Of a stretch of DNA of 64,000 nucleotides, positions 1-11,530 are shown one piece after another. A program made the position numbers and the translations under genes. The first letter of the stretch is position 1. Every line of letters starts with the position of its first letter. This DNA is from Dendrobates tinctorius (taxonomy: Eukaryota): positions 4,464,001 to 4,528,000 of the forward strand of contig NW_027361797.1 of the NCBI RefSeq assembly GCF_039654945.1, read 5' to 3'. Under the pieces are notes generated by a model. It was not told the DNA's origin and did not search any database. It saw only the letters and a program-made list of their open reading frames with translations.

Positions 1-2
1 TG

Positions 3-200
3 GTGTACACCAATGTGGCCCGGGGGTATGGCTTCATACGTGATCAGACTGGTCAGAAGGTATACGTGAACGTAGCCTCCATACGCCACGGCCGTGCCCT
101 GGAAATAGGGGACTTTGTCTCTTATTATAAAGAATACTGCCCCCGCGGGTATTATGCGGTGGCGGTACTGGCGGTACCTGAGGAACGCGAACCCCCGTAA
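3..200 (+). CDS. C-terminal part of an ORF ending in a cold-shock domain (OB-fold); 5' end lies outside the window
   Basis: VYTNVARGYGFIRDQTGQKVYVNVASIRHGRALEIGDFVSYYKEYCPRGYYAVAV aligns by eye, nearly gap-free, with the CspA pattern: RNP1 (K/R)G(F/Y)GFI, RNP2-like VYVN, then LxxGxxVSY and GxxAxxV. The stop follows 8 codons later. Confidence 0.7.
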   Translation: MYTNVARGYGFIRDQTGQKVYVNVASIRHGRALEIGDFVSYYKEYCPRGYYAVAVLAVPEEREPP

Positions 201-1132
201 AGAGGACTGTATTGGACACTCCCTTCACCCCAGGAGTTCCACGGCTGTGGGCCCCTTGCTACGGCCATTAGGAGATGGCCTGGACTGTCAGAGTTTGAAA
301 GAACAGTTCTAGTTTTTTTTTTTTTTTTTTTTAAATGTTTTATGTGATTAAGCTGTTTTTTTTTAGAATGTTCCTCTTACAGGATGTTATTTTACTGATT
401 TGGAAACTTGACAGAACGGGGATACGAAGACAAGAGGGAGTGTTCATGTCCAAGGAAGGGGGAGGGAAAAGGAGTACTGGCGATGTTTATTGTTGAACGT
501 TGAGTTTTAAAGCAAAAGAAAATGAAAAAAAAAATTATAAAAATGGGGTACTTGTGCTATTATAAAGTTGTATGATGTATAATATGCAAAGTAAAATGCA
601 ACAGGTCCGGGTTAAGGGAAGGTCTGCGGGACCAAAGGAAAGTGTGAGATCCGGTAGGGATCTAAGAGTTGAGGTCTGGGAGACCGGGACGCCGACCATG
701 ACATGTAATTGAAAGAAGGAAAATGAGTGAGAAGACGTGAGAAAGACAGCCGTCCTAGGTCAGGTCCCCAACACCACGGACACCCCTGAAGAAGGAAAGG
801 CGGGCGCCGGCAATGATCTGGTAGGTGAGTGGCCTCGATCATGGCGTACCGGATAGTGAAAGGTAACAGTAGGGGAGAGTAGGAGAAAGATACACGCCGT
901 AGAGAGAATACGGGTGTACCTTGCCCAATTTGAAAGACGTTGTCATGTGGCGTGCGCGCTGGTGAGTAGCAGTAGGCTGCTCAGAGCATAGTGCTCCCAG
1001 TATGGTTCGGCCCCCGCAGATAGTGGGTTTGGCTCAACTTCTGGTCCGACAACAGAATGTAGGTGTAGATTCAGAATGACGAAGGCAGGGATGACGATTG
1101 TCGAGGACGACAATGGACAAAGGAAGGGGGAG

Positions 1133-1919
1133 TGTAGGGAAAGTGACCTGATGGACGGACGGACTAGTCAGAGTGAAGAAAGATAGGTTTGCACAGTGTA
1201 GGTAGGAGTCAGTGATTACAGTGGGGAAACAACTAGGAAAGTGTAGTGGACGTGCAGTACCTTGGGATGACCATTAGATGGCAGGGTGGAGTGTGAGCAA
1301 AGGACTTTACAGCAGCTTAGGGCTTTAGAAACCGTTGGTCATGGGGGGCGTGGTGACAGTTAGAGTGACTGTTTCGAGGAACCGGGAGAGTTATAAAGAC
1401 TGAGGGAGGGTTCCAGAAGGTTCCAGTCCCCAGGGGGAGCCCAGGTGACAGGAGGACCACGCCAGTCTGTGTTCCCTGAGGAGAATCCGACCAAGGGGAC
1501 TGAGGAGAGGAAACGTCAGGGGGGTGGTCCTGACAGGAAAGGACCGCAGCAGAGACAAGGCTCTGGGTGGAAGACACCGTATGTGTAACGACGAAACTGA
1601 CCAGTAAAGTGCTGATGGTGTACGGGCCTAAGGCGGCCACAGTAACCGAGCTGTCAGGATTGTCACAATGTGAGACGGGACGTACGTATAAATACGTCCC
1701 TAGTGTAACGTACGGTGTTGAAGCGGCCCTGGACACGGAGGGCAGAGAGAGAGATATCGCGGTGTACCGCGAGGACCGTCAGTCGGACGGTGAGCAATAA
1801 ACTTGGACCTGTTGCACCCAGAATCTGCCTCATCGTGTCTCTGTTATCATCTCTGCGCGGTAAGAAGTGGGACCACCCCCTATCATCCCCCAGCTCGGCA
1901 CCCCACCACCGACACTACA
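1133..1919 (+). repeat. LTR (~787 bp)
   Basis: Termini are TGTAG...CTACA. TATA-like motifs lie at ~1391 and ~1687 and AATAAA at 1796. The sequence switches to minisatellite immediately after 1919. Confidence 0.7.
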
Positions 1920-2617
1920 CATATACCCATCACACATCCTCCATCCCAAAGTCCAATGCCCATATACCCATCATACCTATTCGCCATCCCATAGTCGAGT
2001 GCCCATAAACCCATCACACATCCTTCATCTCATAGTCCCATGCCCATATACCCTTCATACATATCTTCATCCCATAGTTCCATGCCCATAAACCCATCAT
2101 ACATATCCGCCATCCCATAGTCCCATGCCCATATACCCATCATACAAATCCTCCATCCCATAGTCCAGTGCCCATATACCCATCACACATCCTCCATCCC
2201 ATAGTCCCGTGCCCATATACCCATCATACATATCCTCCATCCCATACTCCAGTGCCCATATACCCATCACACATCCTCCATCCCATAGTCAACCATTATG
2301 ACATCATACTGAGCGGCGGGGCTTGCAACCTATGATGACATCAGCGTCGCCATGGCAACCATTATGACATCATAATGAGGGGTAGGGCTTGATACACACA
2401 CACTTTTTCCCCATTATGTAGATAGGGGCAAAATTGTTTGGTGAATTGGAACGCGCGGAGTTAAAATTTCGCCTCACAACATAGCCTAGGACACTCTCGG
2501 GGTCCAGACGTGTGACTGTGCCAAATTTTGTGGCTGTAGACGCGACAGTGCGGATGCCAATCCCGGACATACACACACACATACATACATACACACACTT
2601 GAGCTTTATATATTAGA

Positions 2618-2618
<1 letters not shown>
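1920..2618 (+). mobile_element. Helentron/HINE-like non-autonomous element, 3' part (copy 1), interrupted by the LTR element
   Basis: It has the 43-bp minisatellite, a conserved core, (ACAT)n/(AC)n, and the end 'cttgagctttatatattagat'. It matches the copies at 47173-47850 and 59036-59967. Confidence 0.6.
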
Positions 2619-2656
<38 letters not shown>

Positions 2657-2659
<3 letters not shown>

Positions 2660-4588
2660 TAGCTGAAGAGCCCGGCGCTGCCCGGGCATAGTAACTAACT
2701 GTGGTTAGTTATAGCAAATTATAATTATCCTCCATCCCATAGTCCCGTGCCCATATACCCATCATACATATCCACGATCCCATAGGCCCGTGCCCATATA
2801 CCCATCATACATATCCTCCATCCCATAGTCGAGTGCCTATATACCCATCATACATATTCTCCATCCCATAGTCGAGTGCCCATATACCCATCATACATAT
2901 TCTCCATCCCATAGTCCCATGCCCATATACCCATCATACATATTCTCCATCCCATAGTCCCATGCCCATATACCATCATACATATTCACCATCCCATAGT
3001 CGAGTGCCCATATAACCATCACATATCCTTCATCTCATAGTCCCATGCCCATATACCCATCATACATATCCTCCATCCCATAGTCCCGTGCCCATATACC
3101 CATCATACATATTCTCCATCCCATAGTCCCATGCCCATATACCCATCATATATATTATCCATCCCATAGTCCCATGCCCATATACCCATCATACATATCC
3201 TCCATCCCATAGTCCCATGCCCATATACCCATCATACATATTCTCCATCCCATAGTCCCATGCCCATATACCCATCATACATATTCTCCATCCCATAGTC
3301 CCATGCCCATATACCCTTCATACATATTCGCCATCACATAGTCCAGTGCCCATATACCCATCATACACATCCTCCATCCCATAGTCCCGTGCCCATATAC
3401 CCATAACACATCCTCCATCCCATAGTCCCATGCCCATATACCCATCATACATATTCGCCATCCCATAGTTGAGTGCCCATATACCCATCACACATCCTTC
3501 ATCTCATAGTCCCATGCCCATTATATCCATCATACATATCCTCCATCCCATAGTCCCATGCCCATATACCCATCATACATATTCTCCATCCCATAGTCCC
3601 ATGTCCATATACCCATCATACATATTCTCCATCCCATAGTCCCATGCCCATATACCCATCATACATATTCACCATCCCATAGTCGAGTGCCCATATACCC
3701 ATCACACATCCTCCATCCCATAGTCCCATGCCCATATACCCATCATACATATTCTCCATCCCATAGTCCCATGCCCATATACCCATCATACATATTCTCC
3801 ATCCCATAGTCCCATGCCCATATACCCATCATACATATTCACCATCCCATAGTCGAGTGCCCATATACCCATCACACATCCTTCATCTCATAGTCCCATG
3901 CCCATAAACCCATCATACATATCCTCCATCCCATAGTCCCGTGCCCATATACCCATCATGCATATTCTCCATCCCATAGTCCCATGCCCATATACCCATC
4001 ATACATATTCTCCATCCCATAGTCCCATGCCCATATACCCTTCATACATATTCGCCATCCCATAGTCCAGTGCCCATATACCCATCATACACATCCTCCA
4101 TCCCATAGTCCCGTGCCCATATACCCATAACACATCCTCCATCCCATAGTCCCATGCCCATATACCCATCATACATATTCGCCATCCCATAGTTGAGTGC
4201 CCATATACCCATCACACATCCTTCATCTCATAGTCCCATGCCCATTATATCCATCATACATATCCTCCATCCCATAGTCCCATGCCCATATATCCATCAT
4301 ACAAATCTGCCATCTCATAGTCCCATGCCCATATACCCATCATACATATTCGCCATCCCATAGTCGAGTGCCCATATACCCATCACACATCCTTCATCTC
4401 ATAGTCCCATGCCAATATACCCATCATACATATCCTCCATCCCATAGTCCAGTGCCCATATACCCATCACACATCCTCCATCCCATAGTCCCGTGCCCAT
4501 ATACATATCCGCCATCCCATAGTCCCGTGCCCATATACCCGTCAAACATATCCTCCATCCCATAGTCCAGTGCCCATATACCCATCCA
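2657..4588 (+). mobile_element. Helentron/HINE-like element, 5' part (copy 2), head-to-tail with copy 1 across a (TA)n spacer
   Basis: It starts tactagctgaagagcccggcgctgcccgggc, followed by the hairpin taactaac-tgtg-gttagtta. This is identical to 38639-38711. Confidence 0.6.
2728..4588 (+). repeat. 43-bp minisatellite, ~43 copies
   Basis: Unit cccatagtcccatgcccatatacccatcatacatatcctccat, with variants. Confidence 0.95.
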
Positions 4589-4589
4589 C

Positions 4590-4961
4590 CAAAAAAGGGG
4601 CGAATCCATTTTTTTCCCCCATGGACTTACTTAAGTGGCGGATCTTGACTGATGGTCGTCCGTCTCATCCATTTTTTGACAGATTCGCCAAGATTTTAGC
4701 AGCTCCCGGTCGGATGAGACGGACCCTGCAACGTTTTTTTCTTTGACGGTCCGCTATTTTGAAGTGTGCATGCCTGGAAGCTTTGCACCGGGAACCATGA
4801 AATCTCGCTCTCTCCCCTCCTTTAAATTTACCTCGCAAGCCGACTCCATCGGATCCGGCCAAAACACGAATCCGCTGACATCCGATTGGCGCGGATCCGT
4901 TTTTAACCGCTCTGACGGATTTGGCCTCCCGTCAAACAGCGGAAATGTGTAACAGGCCTAA
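4590..4961. mobile_element. MITE half (ggatcc-rich, ending tgtgtaacaggcctaa)
   Basis: The terminus resembles the other ggc..cacac MITEs in the window, followed by TAA. The other end is missing. Confidence 0.4.
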
Positions 4962-5140
4962 GAAAACAAGTTCATAATCATTTAGAAACAACAATACTAA
5001 TGTTTTAACTCAGGAAGAGTTCAGAAATCAACATTTTGTGGAATAACCATGATTTTTAATCACAGCTTTCATGCGTCTTGGCATGCTTTCCACCAGTCTT
5101 TCACACGGCTCCTGGTGCAAAAATTTAAGCAGTTCTTCTT
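4962..5140 (-). mobile_element. Tc1-like transposase C-terminal fragment
   Basis: The minus strand reads CERLVESMPRRMKAVIKNHGYSTKC*. Confidence 0.75.
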
Positions 5141-6080
5141 TGTTATATGTATAATGTATTATCTATTTATTTATCAATGTGTGTGAGTTCATATTTAACT
5201 CAATCAATAAATCTATCACTGCTTCTGCGCATCCTGTTTTGCAATATGAGGGGTTAAATTGCATCCACACATTAATGAATGTTATTGCTTTTAATTAAGT
5301 TCCCATGATTCAATTTTTAACCCCTTTGTGACATGCCCCATACTAGTACTGCGCATGTTGCATCTCCCCCTTTGATTTGGGCTCCGGCAGCTGTTTTGAA
5401 AGGCTGACAGGTGCCTGCAATAGCCACGGGTGGAATCGCGATCCGCCCTATTCTATTAACTAGTTAAATGCCGCTGTCAAACTCTGACAGTGGCTGGAAA
5501 TACGTTCACCGGTGACCAGCGTCACTTGATCGCAGGTTACCGGTGTGTCGGCATGGCAACCAGAGGTCCACTATAAATACGTTCACCGGTGACCAGCGTC
5601 ACTTGATCGCAGGTTACCGGTGTGTCGGCATGGCAACCAGAGGACCTCTATAATTGTCTGTGCTGGATTGCTGTTAGCACCACCCGGTGGTCGACACTCA
5701 TAGCAAGTCACTAATTCTTCTATATTGAGGTGATCTGATCATCACCTCTATGTAGCAGAGCCGATCGGGATATGGCAGCTTCTAGTCTCCCATGGAGACT
5801 ATTGAAGCATGCCAAAAGTTAAAAAAAATGTAAAAAAATATTAAAAAAATAAAAAAATACAAAAGTTGAAATCACCCACCTTTTGCCCCATTTAAAATAA
5901 CAGTAAAAAAAAAAATCAAACATACACCTATTTGGTATCGCCGTGTTCAGAATCACCCGATCTATCAAAAAAAATTATTAACCTGATAGCTAAAAAAATT
6001 CAAAACGCCAGAATTACGCTTTTTTTGGTCGCCTCGACATTGTGTTAAAATGCAAAAACGGGCAATCAAAAGATCATATA

Positions 6081-7726
6081 CAGTCATATGTTAAAGTTTG
6101 GGCACCCCTATTAATGTTAACCTTTTTTCTTTATAACAATTTTGGTTTTTGCAACAGCTATTTCAGTTTCATATATCTAATAACTGATGGACTCAGTTAT
6201 ATTTCTGGATTCAAATGAGGTTTATTGTACTAACAGAAAATGTGCAATCTGCATTTAAACAAAATTTGACGGGTGCAAAAGTATGGGCACCCTTATCATT
6301 TTCTTGATTTGAACACTCCTAACTACTTTTTACCGACTTCCTGAAGCACTAAATTGGTTTTGTAACCTCATTGAGCTTTGAACATCATAGCCAGGTGTAT
6401 CAAATCATGAGAAAAGGTATTTAAGGTGGCCACTTGCAAGTAGTTCTCCTATTTGATTCTCCTATGAAGAGTGGCATCATGGGCTCCTCAAAACAAATCT
6501 CAAATGATCTGAAAACAAAGATTATTCAACATAGCTTTTCAGGGGAAGGATACAAAAAGTTGTCTCAGAGATTTAACCTGTCAGTTTCCACTGTGAGGAA
6601 CATAGAAAGGAAATGGAAGAACACAGGTACAGTTCTCGTTAAGCCCTGAAGTGGCAGGCCAAGAAAGATATCAGAAAGGCAGAGAAGAATGGTGAGAACA
6701 GTCAAGGACAATCCACAGACCACCTCCAAAGACCTGCAGCATCATCTTGCTGCAGATGGTGTCACTGTGCATCGGTCAACAATACAGCGCACTTTGCACA
6801 AGGAGAAGCTGTATGGGAGAGTGATGCGAAAGAAGCCGTTTCTGCAAGCACGCCACAAACAGAGTCGCCTGAGATATGCAAAAGCACATTTGGACAAGCC
6901 AGTTACATTTTGGAAGAAGGTCTTGTGGACTGATGAAACAAAGATTGAGTTGTTTGGTCATACAAAAAGGCGTTATGCATGGAGGCTAAAAAACACAGCA
7001 TTCCAAGAAAAACACTTGCTACCCACAGTAAAATTTGGTGGAGGTTCCATCATGCTTTGGGGCTGTGTGGCCAATGCCGGCACCGGGAATCTTGTTAAAG
7101 TTGAGGGTCGCATGGATTCAACTCAGTATCAGCAGATTCTTGACAATAATGTGCAAGAATCAGTGACGAAGTTGAAGTTACGCATGGGATGGATATTTCA
7201 GCAAGACAATGATCCAAAACACCGCTCCAAATCTACTCAGGCATTCATGCAGAGGAACAATTACAATGTTCTGGAATGGCCATCCCAGTCCCCAGACCTG
7301 AATATCATTGAACATCTGTGGGATGATTTGAAGCGGGCTGTCCATGCTCGGCGACCATCAAACTTAACTGAACTGGAATTGTTTTGTAAACAGGAATGGT
7401 CACAAATACCTTCATCCAGGATCCAGGAACTCATTAATAGCTACAGGAAGCGACTAGAGGCTGTTATTTTTGCAAAAGGAGGATCTACGAAATATTAATG
7501 TCACTTTTATGTTGAGGTGTCCATACTTTTGCACCGGTCAAATTTTGTTTAAACGCAGATTGCACATTTTCTGTTAGTACAATAAACCTCATTTGAATCC
7601 AGAAATATAACTGAGTCCATCAGTTATTAGATATATGAAACTGAAATAGCTGTTGCAAAAACCAAAATTGTTATAAAGAAAAAAGCTTAACATTAATAAG
7701 GGTGCCCAAACTTTAACATATGACTG
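6081..7726 (+). mobile_element. Full-length Tc1-like (IR/DR type) DNA transposon
   Basis: TA target duplications at 6079-80 and 7727-28. Near-identical TIRs of ~210 bp start cagtcatatgttaaagtttgggcaccc, with an inner direct repeat tgggcaccc. Confidence 0.95.
6479..7498 (+). pseudogene. Tc1 DD34E transposase with one in-frame nonsense codon (TGA at 6647-49)
   Basis: It has a paired-like N-terminus, GRPRK, WTDETK, and QQDNDPKH...(34 aa)...SPDLNIIE. The two ORF-track pieces are in the same frame. Confidence 0.92.
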
Positions 7727-8579
7727 TATGCACCAAAATGGTATCATTAAAACATCAGCTCAGCACACAAAAAAAATAAGCCCTCACTTAACGCAAGATC
7801 ATGAAAAATGGAGACGCTACGGATATCGGAAAATGGCACAATTTTTTTAACAAGGTTTGGAATATTTTTCACCACTTAAATAAAAAAGAACCTAGACGTG
7901 CTTGGTGTATATGAACTCGTAATGACCTGAAGAATCATTATGGCAGGTTAGTTTTAGCATTTAGTGAACATAATGAAAAAGAAAACCAAAAAACAAGTGT
8001 GGGAAAAGGGGGAGTGAAAAACAGAAACACAAAAGGAAAATGGGCTGCGACGCGAAAACTTAATAATCTTTGAACATCAGAAACATGCCAGTCTATTACT
8101 CAAGGTGAATGCCATTGCATGCCTTTTATTGAAGTTCTAATAAAAGAGATTTGATACTTTAACTCAAGAGAAAATGCTGTCTAGCCTTATGAAGTTTATG
8201 TAAAAATTAGCAAAAAGAAGCCGTACTCACTTACTGGTACTTACTGAGTTCCAGCACAGTCTGCTTCTTGTTCTGTGTTTACATCGGAAGGAAGTTGTTA
8301 ACTTTCAAAGAAGCAGCAAAGACATTGGAAACTGTGATTGGCTGCAGTGGTCTTAAGCAATGTGTTATCACTGATATGCTACTGAAGTAATTTTACCATA
8401 GTGGACAATCATAGGTCCTGCCCTGCTTCAGTGACAACTCTGTTGGATCCTAGTAAGCACTGGTTAGTCAATATAGGTCCATTTGTTATTTTTTAATATA
8501 CCAAGAAAATGGTCAACCAGACAAACCTTTTAATGTCTTATGTTATTTTGTGACATGCTTTTGTTTTTTAATATATGTA

Positions 8580-8825
8580 TATTTATTTATCTTACTTGCT
8601 TTGTAATGCAAATAATTCCACAGCACTTTACAGACTTTGTCATCATTGTCCCCATTGGGGCTCATAATCTAAAATTTCCTATTAGCATTTCTTTGGAGTG
8701 TGGGAAGAAACCAGAGATCCTGAAGGAAGCTCCAGCAAATACCTTGCAGATGTTGTCCTTGGTGGGATTTGAACCCAGTACCTCAAAGTTGCAAAGCAAC
8801 AGTGCTAATCACTGTTGCCCATGAT
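8580..8825 (-). mobile_element. tRNA-derived SINE (V-SINE-like), degenerate
   Basis: B-box gggttcaaatccc on the minus strand. The body and tail are homologous to 10849-11120. Confidence 0.7.
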
Positions 8826-9449
8826 GACTATTGTACAGCATAGTTCTGTATGCTTATATGAATTTAATATACCTTAAAGGCCCTGAGTTATCAAGACTGG
8901 GAATTTTCAAACTGATCTTGATGATTAGTGTGGGGCAGTCAGACACTCTTGAGTCATGAGTTCACGTATTTTCGTTAATCAAGAGTGTCTGACAAAGCAG
9001 CATGCATGACTGTAAGTCACGCCAGAAATCTTATACCAATCCCTGGAATAAATAACTCCACAATTAATCATGGACTAAGCAAGCTTTGGCTTCATGCCTC
9101 CGCCACGTTCTTGTCCCGTTGCAGCTACATCCATTTTGGCTCAGCTGGGAGAAACTGTTGTGAAAGTTACAAACCCAAATTTTTTTACAACTCTGAGTTA
9201 CGCCAAAACATTGCAACTTTTGAAAGCAAATTCCTTTGTTGAATTCTGGCGATAGTGTTTGTATATTTTTTAACCCTATAATAAATTTTGTATTACGTGT
9301 TTAACATCCACAGTAATTTTTATATCATTTTTACTGTAGCAAGTGAAAACGTTTAAGTAAAAATATATGCGTTCAAATTATTACAGATTTCCAACCAAAT
9401 ATAGAATTATGTGACAGCATTGCGGCATATAGTATATGTAAATAGGGGC

Positions 9450-11530
9450 TCGTACAACCAACATAGTTCAGTGCTCAATAGGAAAATTGTATATATATGA
9501 ATAGACAAGTAACCTTTGGCACAATTTAAGAGCAAAAATTGGAGAGCTTTTCAAAAAAAGGTTTCTATTATATCAACTAGTAAAGACAGACATAATGCCA
9601 ATGTTTCGGCCTGTCTGGCCTTTATCAAGGTTAGCTGTATAGAATACAACATAAAGAACAAATTTCAAAAGCAAGGAAATAATGTTACAATAGTCTGTAA
9701 GCAAAATTCATCAGGTAAGTGTAAAGTAAATGCATTACAATATGAATCATAATTAACATATGATCATATATGAATTGATAGGATTTTCAATCGGCTGTTG
9801 CTTCAGTCAAATGAATAAGATTTTGTAATGTAAAACTGAAAAGCTGATGAAACAGCCTATTTATTGATGGACAATCAGGTAAGGGGACCACTGGTATTCA
9901 ATAAATGAAATAAGGAATAAAAGCTAGCAAAATTGTGTCCTCAGTAATATGTATAAAGGTGATCTTATAAAAAGAAGGATCCATCAAAAGAAAAACCTGA
10001 GAAACCATAAAAAGATATAATAATCTTTATTTATATAGCGCCAATATATTCTGTAGCGCTTTACAGTTTAAGATATGCAATTACCTGTCCACGTGTTCGT
10101 CGGTGCTTGTCTACACAGTGCTGGTAGAGTGAAAGTGGCGTGTCCTAGTATGCTGACATGTATAGCACTGTAGTGGGAGTATCCGCTTTAAGAGGAGGAG
10201 GTGTGCGGAGATAGTGACTCGACCTCTCGGTGTCTGTTGGGAGTTGATGATGCGCACGTTCGTAAGTGCGCATGCGCAGTGATCCAGGCAGCCTGAGAAA
10301 ACCGAAAATAACTGGAGGTAGAAGGAAGACGTGCAGAAAGGTGACTGTTAGAGTATAGGAAAAAGAAGCATTTGGAATTTGATAACAGCAAGCAAATATA
10401 CAGTGTAGAATAAAGTTCAGAAAGATAGGGTATAGAAGTGATATTAGAAGGGAAACCAAAAAAGAAAGGGAAAAAAGAAAATAAAGGAGAGGAGAGGAAA
10501 AATACTAAGGAGATGGAAAGATGTATGACATAAAAGAGCAGGAGGAGACAAGTGCAAATACCTGGTGGACCCCTAAGGAACCTGAAATAGAGCAAATATT
10601 TTTAATGAGCCATATGAAAGGAGGAGGACTCATTAGAGCATAGGATTTCCCAACAAATGTCAATGTTAAGGGATATATCAAATCAATAAAAGATTCCATA
10701 TTCTCTGTTCTAAAGTTAGTATTGTTTAAATCCAATAGGCTTCTCTCTCTTTTTGTTTGTGAATTCTATTACCCTCTCTACATTGGAACTGTTTCCAAGA
10801 TCTGAAACCTAGGTTGGGCAATATTAAGTTCGACTGATACAAAATGTGGGCATCATGGTGGCTCAGCGAATAGCACTGAAGCCTTGCAGCACTGGAGTCC
10901 TGGGTTCAAATCCCACCAAGGACAAACATCTGCAAGGAGTTTGTATGTTCTCCCTGTGTTTGCGTGGGTTTTCTCCGGGCACTCCGGTTTTTTCCCACAT
11001 TCCAAAGACATACTGATAGAGAATTTAGATTGTGAGCCCCATCGGGGACAGTGATGATAATGTGTGCAAACTGTAAAGCGCTATGGAATATGTTAGCGCT
11101 ATATAAAAATAAAGATTATCAAATGTGATGGAATAAGTAACATCGTCTTTTTTCACCTTATGGTAGATTTGTGCTGGGAAATGCAGTCTCGGATATGTTG
11201 GGTAATCTCTCCAAAATATCCAAGACATTTAATAAGACAGACATATGAAGAGTCACAAGTAAAACAAATCCTAATTGGAAACCTCATGCAGGACCTAGGA
11301 TGGGTGAAGATGTCACCTTTGATAACATTGGAACATTGTAGACAACGGAAACATGGAAAAGTGCCTTTCCAATGAGTAGATAAAAAAGTTTGTGCACTAC
11401 CGGTGGTCCATGAGCCGAGAGCCCTCCTGACAAGTATGTTTCTCAAATTTTGAGGTTTCTCATGGCAAATTGAAGGAGAATGAGAAATTTCAGGTATATC
11501 AGGATATGATTTCTCTAACAAAGGCCTTAT
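9450..11530 (-). mobile_element. Old Penelope-like element: 3' remnant (Cys-rich linker + GIY-YIG endonuclease + downstream pLTR region)
   Basis: KGTFPCFRCLQCSNV...FTCDSSYVCLIKC..YFGEITQHIRDCISQHKSTIR continues as IPSHF|VSVELNIAQPRFQILE across the SINE. A degenerate hammerhead-like motif lies at ~9596-9632. The left boundary is approximate. Confidence 0.7.
10849..11120 (+). mobile_element. tRNA-derived SINE (V-SINE-like) with L2-type 3' tail
   Basis: A-box ggtggctcagcg, B-box gggttcaaatccc, core ggagtttgtatgttctccctgtg, tail gtaaagcgctatggaatatgttagcgctatataaa. The TSD aaatgtg is at 10842-48 and 11121-27. Confidence 0.85.

Larger units (their letters stand above)
1..1919 (+). mobile_element. 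3' part of a Gypsy-like, apparently non-autonomous LTR element (internal region + PPT + 3' LTR)
   Basis: A polypurine tract aaaggaagggggag (1119-1132) directly precedes TGTAG. There is no recognisable integrase in the preceding 1.1 kb. Confidence 0.65.
5317..8063. mobile_element. TTAA-CCCCTT (piggyBac-type) non-autonomous element hosting the Tc1
   Basis: The left end is ttaacccctttg and the right end is degenerate. It shares the motif (c)tagttaaatgcc with the opposite-orientation element at 49825-52431, and contains a ~77-bp tandem duplication at 5498-5643. Confidence 0.45.

Noticed and set aside
1803-4609. Many short ORFs (MGWRICMMG..., PYTHHTY...)
   Set aside because: They are translations of the 43-bp minisatellite.
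10849-10920. tRNA-like sequence
   Set aside because: It is a SINE head with body, tail and TSD, not a tRNA gene.
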